Assembly: GCA_964530365.1 (NCBI GenBank)
Contig: CAZGZY010000001.1
Coordinates: 6,348-30,347, forward strand
Origin: an uncultured Candidatus Saccharimonadales bacterium
GTDB taxonomy: Bacteria > Patescibacteriota > Saccharimonadia > UBA4664
Reading direction: 5' to 3'
DNA length: 24,000 bases
Shown here: positions 8,786 to 16,753 of the stretch, in pieces
How positions within the stretch are numbered: the first letter of the stretch is position 1
Layout: each line of letters opens with the position of its first letter
The notes under the pieces: generated by a model
The model's input: only the letters and a program-made list of their open reading frames with translations
Told to the model about the DNA's origin: nothing
Databases searched by the model: none
Translations under genes and position numbers: made by a program

Positions 8786-9449
8786 CGCTGTCGTACCCGG
8801 AGAAGGTGTCCTGCTTGAGCCGGCGGGCTGGTAGGCTGATGGGCGGCACTAGCAGGCCGATCATGGAGGTGGGCCCAGATACATACACCAGCCGGGTGGG
8901 TAGGTCGGGGATGAGATCGGCCAGGCGGGCGGCCGTGAACGGCTCGGCCTGCTGGGTGAACGTGAGGCCGGTGGGGGCAGCGGCCCAGGCCTGGAGCTCA
9001 GCTGTGAAGGCGGCCGGGGTGTCGTGGCGGGAAGAATAAAACAGCTCGGCGCCCAGCGGGAGGCCCCGGTGGGCCCGGTCTTTGAGCAGACTAAAAAACG
9101 GTGTGATGCCGATGCCTTGGGCCACGAACACGAGCGGCCGGGCGGAGTCTTGCCAGACGAAGTCGCCGGCAGGCTCATCGAGCAGCTGGAGCTCGCCGCC
9201 TACTGGGAGCGCGGCCAGAGCCTGCTTGAAGCTACTAGCGGACAGGCGGGTGGTAATGTGTACAGCTCCCTCGTGCGGGGCTGATGAGATGGTGAAGCGG
9301 CGGCTAGTGCCCGCGAGGTCCGGGTGTGAGTGCGGCAGGCCGACGCGAATAAACTGGCCGGCGGTCCAGCTCAGAGGGGTTTCGGGTTCGAACACGAATG
9401 TCCAGATGTTTCCGGTGATGTGGTGTTTGCGGAGAAGCTTGAGGGTCAC
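8775..9449 (-). CDS. FAD/NAD(P)-binding oxidoreductase (ferredoxin-NADP reductase-like), single-domain, no iron-sulfur domain
   Basis: AGQFIRVGLP, RRFTISSAP (FAD-binding RxFS-like), FVAQGIGITPFFSLL, VYVSGPTSM. GTG at 9449-9447 chosen as start because the ORF-track ATG at 9482 lies inside a strong terminator hairpin. Confidence 0.82.
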   Translation of the reverse strand: MTLKLLRKHHITGNIWTFVFEPETPLSWTAGQFIRVGLPHSHPDLAGTSRRFTISSAPHEGAVHITTRLSASSFKQALAALPVGGELQLLDEPAGDFVWQDSARPLVFVAQGIGITPFFSLLKDRAHRGLPLGAELFYSSRHDTPAAFTAELQAWAAAPTGLTFTQQAEPFTAARLADLIPDLPTRLVYVSGPTSMIGLLVPPISLPARRLKQDTFSGYDSATY

Positions 9450-9474
9450 GGTACTATTATGCGCCCGCGCACAC

Positions 9475-9502
9475 AAAAACACCCCGCGGGCGGGGTGTTT
9501 TT
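9475..9502 (-). terminator. Near-perfect bidirectional rho-independent terminator downstream of the RRM gene
   Basis: AAAAA-CACCCCGC-GG-GCGGGGTG-TTTTT: 8-bp GC-rich stem flanked by A5 and T5. Confidence 0.93.
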
Positions 9503-9521
9503 GGTTCAGGCTGACGCTAGA

Positions 9522-9800
9522 TTAGTAGCGAGGGCGAGAGTTGCGCTCAGGCATAGGCTTGGCGATGTTCACCGTCAAGCGGCGGCCATCGAGCTCCTGG
9601 TCGGCCATGAGGCGAATGGCGTTCTGAGCCTCTTCGTCGGTGCTCATCTCGACAAAGCCGAAGCCCTTCGAGCGGCCAGAGTCGCGGTCCATGATGACCT
9701 TAGCAGAAACAACGGTACCACACTTGGCAAAAGCCTCGGCGAGGGACTCGTCGGTGACGCTAAAGGGCAAGGAACCTACGAACAATTTGTTAGCTGACAT
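9522..9800 (-). CDS. RNA-binding protein with a single RRM domain
   Basis: KLFVGSLPFSVT (RNP2) and KGFGFVEM (RNP1) motifs; upstream AGGAG SD. Confidence 0.95.
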   Translation of the reverse strand: MSANKLFVGSLPFSVTDESLAEAFAKCGTVVSAKVIMDRDSGRSKGFGFVEMSTDEEAQNAIRLMADQELDGRRLTVNIAKPMPERNSRPRY

Positions 9801-9984
9801 TTAATATATCTCCTATCGTCTACGGTCTTTTCAAAAAAATCCGGAAACTCTTAATGTTGTTCTCCGGAATGAGATTACGTTGTTGCGGAGTTACCCGCTC
9901 GACTAAACCGACAGGCAAAAGCCTGCTCCAAGATTGAGTCGAGTATAACACACCATGCAGGAAAACGCAACAAGCCAAGTGCGA

Positions 9985-10614
9985 TCAAGCCGGCGCTGGG
10001 ATGATAGGAATCTTTCGGACGTCTTTGCCCTTGACCCGGCCCTGCCGGTCCATCTCATACACAATTACCTCGCCGAATGGCATTTCTAAACTTTGGACTT
10101 GCTCGTCCGAGAGGCCGTCTAGATGTTTGATGAGCGCGCGTAGGGTGTTGCCATGAGCTACCAGCAGGACATTTTTGCCATGTTTGAGGTTGGGTAGGAC
10201 GCGTTTTTGGAAGTATGGGACCGCGCGGTGGTAGACATCTTGGAGGGTTTCGCCGTCGGGCACCGGCTCATTCCAGCCGCGCCGCCATTTGCTAAATTGT
10301 TCCTTGCCGTATTGCTCCTCGACGGTCCATTTGTTCATGCCGGTGAGGTCGCCGTAGTCGCGCTCGTTTAAGGCGGCGTCGGCGGCAACGGCCGGCTTCC
10401 AGTGGTTGTCTCCTAGGATGATCGACAGGGTTTCGGTGGCACGGGAGAGGGCCGAGGTGTAGGCGCGGGCGGGTTTGACATCGGCGATGGCTCTCGCCAT
10501 GAGGCTGGCTTCGTGGCGACCTTTTTTGGTGAGCGGTACGTCCCAGATGCCGGTCCAAAGCGATTTAGCGTTAAATTGCGACTCGCCATGGCGGGCTAAG
10601 ATGAGGTAAGACAT
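9985..10614 (-). CDS. gpmA: 2,3-bisphosphoglycerate-dependent phosphoglycerate mutase
   Basis: LARHGESQFNAKSLWTGIWDVPLTKKG, ALNERDYGDLTGMNK, LLVAHGNTLRALIKHL. Confidence 0.93.
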   Translation of the reverse strand: MSYLILARHGESQFNAKSLWTGIWDVPLTKKGRHEASLMARAIADVKPARAYTSALSRATETLSIILGDNHWKPAVAADAALNERDYGDLTGMNKWTVEEQYGKEQFSKWRRGWNEPVPDGETLQDVYHRAVPYFQKRVLPNLKHGKNVLLVAHGNTLRALIKHLDGLSDEQVQSLEMPFGEVIVYEMDRQGRVKGKDVRKIPIIPAPA

Positions 10615-10641
10615 ACGCTTATGCTAGCACATTTGCGGGGG

Positions 10642-11766
10642 TTAACTGTGATGTTGGTTGGTGGTGCGGATTTGCTCCCAGGGGAACTCGGCGCGGCCGA
10701 AGTGGCCGTAGGCAGCGGTGGCGCGGTAGATGGGCCGCCTGAGGTCGAGGCCGTGGATGATGCCGGCTACGGAGGTGTCGAGCAATTGGTGCATGAACGC
10801 GGTGATTTCTTCGGAGGTTGCGTGCTCGGTGCCGAAGGTTTCAACTTCTTGCATCACCGGCTTTTTGGCGCCAATGAAATAGGCTAGGGCCACTTCGGCG
10901 CGGCTGCTCAAGCCGGCGGCGACGAGGTTCTTGGCGAGATACCGGGCGGCGTAAGCGCCGGAGCGGTCGACTTTGCTGGGGTCCTTGCCGCTGAAGGCTC
11001 CCCCGCCCACGCGGGCATAGCCGCCGTAGCCGTCAACCACGATTTTGCGCCCGGTGAGGCCGGCGTCACTCTTGGGGCCGGGCTGGTGCCAGACGCCGGT
11101 GCCGTTGACCACCAGGTTGGCCGCGGTGACGTGGAAGCCGTATTCGGCGAGGATGGGCGCCACAACCTGTTGGTGGAGGTCGGCGCGCACCTGGGCCAGC
11201 GGGGTGTCCTCGTGGTGCGGCACGGCGACGGTGACGTGCGTAACTTCAACTGGCTGGTCGTTCTCGTAGCGCACCGTGACTTGGGCTTTGCCGTCGGGGC
11301 GGAGGTACTTGAGCGTGCCGGACTCGCGGGCGGTGTCGAGCGCGCGGGTGAGGCGGTGGGCCAGGGTGATGGGCATCGGCATGAACTCGGGGGTCTCGCG
11401 GCAAGCGTAGCCAAACATCATGCCCTGGTCCCCTGCCCCGTCGGCGTCGGCGCCCTGGGCGATTTCGGCCGATTGTGTGCCGAGGTAGACGTCGATTTGC
11501 GCGTTGTCGGCAAACCCCAGCGCCGGGTCGGTGTAGCCGAGGCGAGTGATCTCGGCCCGCGCAACGGCCTCGTAGTCGACCTTGGCGGTGGTTTTGATCT
11601 CGCCGAGCAGCATGAGCCGGCCCTCGGTGGCGGTGGTTTCGACGGCGGTGTGGGCGTTCGGGTCTTGCGCTAGCACGGCATCGACGATGGCGTCGCTAAT
11701 TTGGTCGCAGAGCTTGTCGGGGTGACCGGCGCAGACGGACTCGGAGGTAAACGATTGGTAGGGCAT
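10642..11766 (-). CDS. metK: S-adenosylmethionine synthetase
   Basis: FTSESVCAGHPDKLCDQISDA, ADGAGDQGMMFGYA, GTGVWHQPGPKSDAGLTGRKIVVDGYGG, GGGAFSGKDPSKVDRS. Start set to ATG 11766-11764 (MPYQSFTSES), which has an AAAGGA SD. The longer ORF to 11844 reads through the riboswitch. Confidence 0.96.
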   Translation of the reverse strand: MPYQSFTSESVCAGHPDKLCDQISDAIVDAVLAQDPNAHTAVETTATEGRLMLLGEIKTTAKVDYEAVARAEITRLGYTDPALGFADNAQIDVYLGTQSAEIAQGADADGAGDQGMMFGYACRETPEFMPMPITLAHRLTRALDTARESGTLKYLRPDGKAQVTVRYENDQPVEVTHVTVAVPHHEDTPLAQVRADLHQQVVAPILAEYGFHVTAANLVVNGTGVWHQPGPKSDAGLTGRKIVVDGYGGYARVGGGAFSGKDPSKVDRSGAYAARYLAKNLVAAGLSSRAEVALAYFIGAKKPVMQEVETFGTEHATSEEITAFMHQLLDTSVAGIIHGLDLRRPIYRATAAYGHFGRAEFPWEQIRTTNQHHS

Positions 11767-11773
11767 GAAAAAT

Positions 11774-11798
11774 CCTTTCATCCGGCTAGGAAGAAAGG
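11774..11798 (-). promoter_or_regulatory. SD-sequestering hairpin (likely translational expression platform of the metK riboswitch)
   Basis: Minus strand CCTTTC-TTCCTAGCCGGAT-GAAAGG: perfect 6-bp stem pairing across the metK SD (AAAGGA). Confidence 0.55.
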
Positions 11799-11810
11799 CG
11801 CGTATGTAAT

Positions 11811-11912
11811 CCATATCTTCCCGTGACCGGGCTAGATGTACCACCGTCGGATGGCTCCGTGGTTGGCGGCAGGTCGACGGGCTAGGTCCCTCGCTGCGCT
11901 CTTGATATTGCT
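11811..11912 (-). promoter_or_regulatory. SAM-I-type (S-box) riboswitch aptamer upstream of metK
   Basis: Minus strand AGCAATATCAAGAGCGCAGCGAGGGACCTAGCCCGTCGACCTGCCGCCAACCACGGAGCCATCCGACGGTGGTACATCTAGCCCGGTCACGGGAAGATATGG. It has the S-box-like order ATCAAGAG...GCGAGGGA...GCC...GACC...GCCAACC...CGGTGgTA...AAGATA, with P1 ends ATATC/GATAT, P3 CGGA/TCCG and P4 CCCG/CGGG. Confidence 0.85.
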
Positions 11913-11960
11913 ATTTAGTTGTGAGGGCATCATAAAGGCTTTGAGCGAATGGCGCAACGG

Positions 11961-12935
11961 CTAGTCCAAATACCCCAACACCCACTCGATGAGCGCCATG
12001 CGCGTCACCATGCCGTAATGCATTTGGCGAATGTAGGCGGCGCTGGGGGCGGTGTCGACCTCGGTTTTAATCTCACCGATACGCGGGAAGGGGTCGAGCA
12101 GTCGGGCGTGGGCGGGCAAGGCGGCGATTTCTTTGAGGCCAATAATGTATTTATCAATTGTCCCAGGATGGGCCGCCAAATACTTCTTTTGTAGATCGGT
12201 GTGGCGTTCAGCTTGGAATCTGTTCCAATAAACAATATCGGCGGTTTTGAACGCTGCTAGTGGCTCGGAGGTCTCTTCGTACTTAACGCCGGCCTTATCT
12301 AAGGTGCTCTTGATGTCGCTTTGCAATTCGAAGTTGGGGGGCGAAACGAAAGTGAAGTGGTTACCCGGGAATTTTGTTAGGACGAGAGCCAGGCTACGGA
12401 TAGTGCGGCTCTGGTTGGGGTCGATGCCGAAAACCACGTGCAGGCCTTGGAGCCGCCCAATCTCTTGCTGGATGGTGTAGAGGTCGAGCAGCGCTTGGGT
12501 GGGGTGCTCGCCGGAGCCGTCGCCGGCGTTGATAATGGGTGCGTCTGAGACGACGGCAGCCTGGGCGGCCTCGCCGGCGTTGGCGGACCGTAGCACGATT
12601 GAGCTTGGGCCATAGCAATTGATGGTGCGGATGGTGTCCTCGAGCGACTCGCCTTTAGACACCGAGGTAAACTGCACGCTCTGGGTACCGAGCACCGGCA
12701 TGCCCAGGTGGGTGGCGGCGAAGCCGAACGATTCGTAGGTGCGGGTGGACTCCTTGTAGAACAGGCGGTAGAGGATGTGCCCTGCCGGCGAGTCTCGCTC
12801 GGGGTGGCGGTGCGGCTGGTGGTGTTCGAGGTTGTATTGGATTTGGTCGGCGTGGGCAAATAAAACCCGGACGAGATCCGGGGTGAATTGGTCGGCGGAG
12901 AGGATGTGGCGAGGGCCTGTCGCGGGTGTGGGCAT
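11961..12935 (-). CDS. pyrB: Aspartate carbamoyltransferase catalytic chain
   Basis: YKESTRTYESF, VSKGESLEDTIRTI, INAGDGSGEHPTQALLDLYTI, NRFQAERHTD, DPFPR; GGAGG SD 5 nt before ATG. Confidence 0.9.
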   Translation of the reverse strand: MPTPATGPRHILSADQFTPDLVRVLFAHADQIQYNLEHHQPHRHPERDSPAGHILYRLFYKESTRTYESFGFAATHLGMPVLGTQSVQFTSVSKGESLEDTIRTINCYGPSSIVLRSANAGEAAQAAVVSDAPIINAGDGSGEHPTQALLDLYTIQQEIGRLQGLHVVFGIDPNQSRTIRSLALVLTKFPGNHFTFVSPPNFELQSDIKSTLDKAGVKYEETSEPLAAFKTADIVYWNRFQAERHTDLQKKYLAAHPGTIDKYIIGLKEIAALPAHARLLDPFPRIGEIKTEVDTAPSAAYIRQMHYGMVTRMALIEWVLGYLD

Positions 12936-13083
12936 AATACCTCCGTAAGTTGCATAAACTATACTCGGAAACGGTTTTGGCTACTAGTGACACGCCTCAC
13001 AGGTCGATGTTTAACTGAGAATTACGCCTTGCTGCTGCTCTTTTTCGCAAAAGTCTTTTCTTTGTCGGATTTAGGTGTACTAT

Positions 13084-13096
13084 TTGTACCGTACAA
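13084..13096. promoter_or_regulatory. Perfect palindrome, possible operator
   Basis: TTGTAC-C-GTACAA in the AT-rich divergent region between pyrB and the Hyf/Nuo-like operon. Confidence 0.3.
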
Positions 13097-13158
13097 TTAG
13101 CATTTGCGACATTTAAATAAACTTTGCATTTTCGATACGTAATAATTTCCAAATTGTA

Positions 13159-13194
13159 TTGCGAAGGGTTGAGCAAAGTTTGTGGGTTTCGCAA
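13159..13194. repeat. Inverted repeat TTGCGAA ... TTCGCAA upstream of the operon
   Basis: TTGCGAA 13159-13165 and TTCGCAA 13188-13194; a further TTCGCAA copy at 13044-13050 and TTGCGA at 13104-13109. Confidence 0.4.
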
Positions 13195-13233
13195 GGATGA
13201 TAAGGATAATAGCCACGTAAGGCTGCTCGGTTT

Positions 13234-13776
13234 ATGCGCGCTTTTTTAGCTAAAATTTTGTCGACACCCAAGAGTGTCATACCGGCCAACCAGATCTCTG
13301 AGACTGATCTTGAGGTGACCGAAGTTGGGGCCAAGATCCAAAGTCATGTGAAGCGGCTGTTTGGCGGCTCGCTGGCTATCCGGCAAGTGAACGCCGGTTC
13401 CGATGACGCTGCCGAGCACGAGCTCACGGCTCTCACGAACGCTTTTTACGACGTTGAGCGCTTTGGCGTGCACTTTGTGGCCTCGCCGCGCCACGCCGAT
13501 ATGCTGATGGTAACCGGACCGGTAACGCGCAACATGGCCGAGCCGCTGCGCCACGCCTACGATGCCACGCCTGAGCCGCGCATCGTGGTGGCCGTGGGTG
13601 ACGACGCGATTGACGGCGGGATTTTCCGTGGTTCGTACGCCGTCCACGATGGCGTGGAGCCGGTGATTCCAGTGCATTTTCGGATTCCTGGGGACCCGCC
13701 GTCGCCTAAGGCTATAATGGCTGGCCTACTTGAGATTCTCGGCCGGCTCGAAGTTGCCCGCGGAGAGCACAAATAA
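13234..13776 (+). CDS. Small subunit of group-4 [NiFe]-hydrogenase/complex I-like complex (HyfI/HycG/NuoB-like) lacking all cluster-ligating cysteines
   Basis: FYDVERFGVHFVASPRHADMLMVTGPVTRNMAEPLRHAYDATPEPRIVVAVGDDAIDGGIF is diagnostic. The usual GSCNGCE, GDC and PGCPP are here GSDDAAE, GDD and PGDPP; the 180-aa protein has no Cys. Confidence 0.93.
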   Translation: MRAFLAKILSTPKSVIPANQISETDLEVTEVGAKIQSHVKRLFGGSLAIRQVNAGSDDAAEHELTALTNAFYDVERFGVHFVASPRHADMLMVTGPVTRNMAEPLRHAYDATPEPRIVVAVGDDAIDGGIFRGSYAVHDGVEPVIPVHFRIPGDPPSPKAIMAGLLEILGRLEVARGEHK

Positions 13777-15827
13777 TGCTGTCGGCCCTCGCGAATTCTT
13801 CGAGCTTCCTCGCTCTTATTGGGATCTTTGTGGCCGGCGCGGTCGGCTCGCTCATTGTTCGCCGCAACGACCGTTTGGCCAACAGGTGGGGCAACTTCTT
13901 TGCGATTGTCGGCTCGCTGTGGGGGCTAGCCTTTGCCTCCGCGGTGCTTATTTCGGGCCACAATGTGGCAATACAGGGTATTGTTTCGGACTTTCCCTTC
14001 CTGTCGTTAACGTTTCAGATCGATAAATTGGGCGCGTTCTTCATTCTGGCCATTAGCTTGATCGCGCTGTTTTGCTCGGTTTACGCCGTTGACTACATAA
14101 AGGACTATTACCACCGTTATAGCATTGGCGGCTTGGGCTTCTTCTACAATTTGTTTATTGCCGCGATGGTCCTGGTGGTGGGCGCGGCCAACGGTATCGT
14201 GTTTTTGATTGCCTGGGAAGTAATGTCGTTGGCGTCGTATTTTTTGGTGACCTACGACCGGCGCGACCCCAATAACGTGAAGGCTGGTTATTTGTATTTG
14301 GTGATGACGCACGTGGGGACGGCCTTTATTCTGCTCGCGTTCATTTTGCTCTACGCTTCCACTGGATCGTTCGATTTTGACGCCATTAAGGCCGGTGCCG
14401 CGGCAATGCCGCAATTGCTCAAGGATGCGGTGTTCGGGCTGGCTTTTATTGGTTTTGGCACCAAGGCCGGCGTGATTCCGGTTCACATTTGGCTGCCCTC
14501 GGCCCATCCGGCCGCGCCGTCGCACGTGTCGGCCCTGATGAGTGGCGTGATGATCAAGATGGGCATCTACATGATGGTCCGGATGTTCCTCGATATTCTC
14601 CAGCCCGTGCCAACCTGGTGGGGAGTGGCGGTGCTCGTGGTGGGCGCGGTGTCGTGTGTGCTAGGCGTGCTGTATGCGCTCACCGAGCATGATATTAAGC
14701 GCTTGCTGGCATACCACAGCATCGAGAACATTGGCATTATTTTGCTCGGGGTGGGTGGTGCGCTGGTCTTTTCCTCGCTGCACCTGCCGGCGTTGATGAT
14801 GCTCTCGCTGGGCGCCGCGCTGTTTCACACCCTCAACCACGCCATTTTTAAATCGCTGCTGTTCTTGGGCGCCGGCTCGGTGATCCACGCCATGCATACG
14901 CGCAACATCGAGGAGTACGGCGGATTGGCTCGGCTCATGCCGGTCACGGCGGTGTTCTTCCTGATTGGCTCGATGGCCATCTCGGCATTGCCACCGTTTA
15001 ACGGGTTCTTTAGCGAGTGGTTTACCTTCCAGGCCTTGTTCCATGGCGCAATGTCGGGGGACTTGGTGGTGAAGTGGGCGTTTTTGATCGCGATTGGCGC
15101 ATTGGCGCTCACCGGGGGCCTAGCGCTGGCCTGTTTCGTGAAGGCCTACGGCGCCACTTTCCAGGCCCGCCCGCGCAGTGAGGCCGCCAAACACGCCCAC
15201 GAAGTGCCATTCGGCATGAAGGCCGCGATGGCCGGCCTAGCGCTATTGTGCGTGGCGGTGGGCGCGACGGCCGCGCCGGTGCTCACGGCGCTGTCAGACA
15301 TCGCCCGGCAGGTGGTGGGCGTCCCTCAGGTGGCCGCCATTACCAGCGTTTCGGCCACCCAAGTACTCACTGTGGCTCACGGTTATGCCGCGGTGTGGCC
15401 GCCAGCTTTGCTCGGCCTCCTGTTGGCGGTGCCGATATTGGTGTGGCTGGTGGTGCGCTTTGGCGTGAACGCCAAGCAAAAGGTGGTGATTGGCTCCACC
15501 TGGGACTGTGGCACGGAGTTGACCGAGCGGATGGAGATTACCTCGACCGGCTTTGCTCGCTCAATCATAATGATTTTCCGCGGCGTTCTGAAGCCGACCA
15601 TCCAGCACCAGATCGAGTACGACGACTCCGCTAGCCGCTACATGCCCACATCCCGGACAGTTTCGCTCGGAGTAGACGACGTTTACCACAAGTACTCATA
15701 TGGGCCAATGTATGACTCCGCGGTAGCGGTTTCCCGGTTTATCAAACGTATCCAAAATGGCAACATCAATTCATACGTGTTGTATATATTCATTGTTTTG
15801 GTCATTACCTTGCTGGTGGGAGTGTAG
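13776..15827 (+). CDS. HyfB-like / NuoL-type antiporter-like subunit
   Basis: IAWEVMSLASYFLVTYDRR, FGTKAGVIPVHIWLPSAHPAAPSHVSALMSGVMIKMGIY, LLAYHSIENIGIILLGVG, NHAIFKSLLFLGAGSV; translationally overlaps the small-subunit gene (taATG). Confidence 0.95.
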   Translation: MLSALANSSSFLALIGIFVAGAVGSLIVRRNDRLANRWGNFFAIVGSLWGLAFASAVLISGHNVAIQGIVSDFPFLSLTFQIDKLGAFFILAISLIALFCSVYAVDYIKDYYHRYSIGGLGFFYNLFIAAMVLVVGAANGIVFLIAWEVMSLASYFLVTYDRRDPNNVKAGYLYLVMTHVGTAFILLAFILLYASTGSFDFDAIKAGAAAMPQLLKDAVFGLAFIGFGTKAGVIPVHIWLPSAHPAAPSHVSALMSGVMIKMGIYMMVRMFLDILQPVPTWWGVAVLVVGAVSCVLGVLYALTEHDIKRLLAYHSIENIGIILLGVGGALVFSSLHLPALMMLSLGAALFHTLNHAIFKSLLFLGAGSVIHAMHTRNIEEYGGLARLMPVTAVFFLIGSMAISALPPFNGFFSEWFTFQALFHGAMSGDLVVKWAFLIAIGALALTGGLALACFVKAYGATFQARPRSEAAKHAHEVPFGMKAAMAGLALLCVAVGATAAPVLTALSDIARQVVGVPQVAAITSVSATQVLTVAHGYAAVWPPALLGLLLAVPILVWLVVRFGVNAKQKVVIGSTWDCGTELTERMEITSTGFARSIIMIFRGVLKPTIQHQIEYDDSASRYMPTSRTVSLGVDDVYHKYSYGPMYDSAVAVSRFIKRIQNGNINSYVLYIFIVLVITLLVGV

Positions 15828-15829
15828 TT

Positions 15830-16753
15830 ATGCAGTATTTGTTATGGGCTATTCAAGTGGCGCTCGTGCCGGTAATGTCGCCGCTCATCATCGGTATTAT
15901 CAACAATCTCAAAGCCAAGCTGCAGAAGCGTCAGGGGCCGAGTGTTTTCCAGCCATACCGCAATATCGCCAAACTCTTGCGCAAAGACGAAGTCATTAGC
16001 CGCGACGCGTCGTTTATGACGCGCATTGCGCCGGCCATCGTGTTTGGGGTGACGCTGGTGGTGGGCGCGAGCATTCCGTTGTTCGCGTCGTTTTTGCGGA
16101 CGCCCTCAGGTGATTTGGTTACGGTGGTGTATATGTTGGCTTTGGGGACGTTCTTTCTGGCGCTCGTGGGCATGGACGTGGGCGGCGCGTTCGGGGGTTT
16201 TGGCTCCAGCCGCGAGATGACAGTATCGGCGCTGGCTGAAGGGTCGTTTATCTTCTCGATCTTCGCGCTGGCGCTGGTGTCGGGCGCCACCAACTTGTCG
16301 GCGATTTCTGAGGGCGTCATGAGTAACTACGGCCATTTTTTGGTGCCGGTGGTGCTGGCGTTTATCGGGTTCTTTATTGTGCTATTGGCCGAGACTAGCC
16401 GCTACCCGTTTGATAACCCCGACACCCACTTGGAGTTGACCATGATCCACGAAGCCATGCTGCTTGAGCTGTCGGGTAAGAAATTGGCCCTCATGGAGTG
16501 GGCGGCGGCCAACAAGTTCTTCATTTTTGCCGCGCTGGCCGCGAACTTGTTCTTGCCGTTTGGCATCGCCACGACCGCGACGGTGGGTGGCGTGGTCATC
16601 GGGCTACTCGCGCTCATGGCTAAGTTGCTCGTGATTTGCGTGGTGGTGGCGGTGTTGGAGTCGGTGACGGCCAAGCTGCGGTTCTTCCGCCTTCCCGACT
16701 TGCTCTTGGTGGCGTCTATTTTTAACATCTTCGCGATCGGGTTAATTAAATGA
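15830..16753 (+). CDS. HyfC-like / NuoH-type membrane subunit
   Basis: QRQGPSVFQPYRNIAKLLRKDEV, AETSRYPFDNPDTHLELTMIHEAMLLELSGKKLALMEWAAANK. Confidence 0.95.
   Translation: MQYLLWAIQVALVPVMSPLIIGIINNLKAKLQKRQGPSVFQPYRNIAKLLRKDEVISRDASFMTRIAPAIVFGVTLVVGASIPLFASFLRTPSGDLVTVVYMLALGTFFLALVGMDVGGAFGGFGSSREMTVSALAEGSFIFSIFALALVSGATNLSAISEGVMSNYGHFLVPVVLAFIGFFIVLLAETSRYPFDNPDTHLELTMIHEAMLLELSGKKLALMEWAAANKFFIFAALAANLFLPFGIATTATVGGVVIGLLALMAKLLVICVVVAVLESVTAKLRFFRLPDLLLVASIFNIFAIGLIK

Noticed and set aside
9082-9525. Plus-strand ORFs 9082..9525 and 9330..9797 opposite the oxidoreductase and RRM genes
   Set aside because: They cross the strong terminator at 9475-9502 and lack any family signature; opposite strand genes are well supported.
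10908-11673. Overlapping ORFs within metK on both strands (10908..11414 -, 11086..11673 +)
   Set aside because: Shadow ORFs of a GC-rich conserved gene; low-complexity translations without family motifs.
11767-11844. 5' extension of the metK ORF (MVHLARSREDMDYIRAFLPSR...)
   Set aside because: It translates the 3' half of the SAM riboswitch and the SD-hairpin; the conserved protein starts at MPYQSFTSES with a proper SD.
13234-13776. Cys loss as a frameshift, sequencing error or pseudogene
   Set aside because: Each substitution is an in-frame codon replacement in an intact, well-conserved ORF, and the partner subunit is matched in losing its own ligands.
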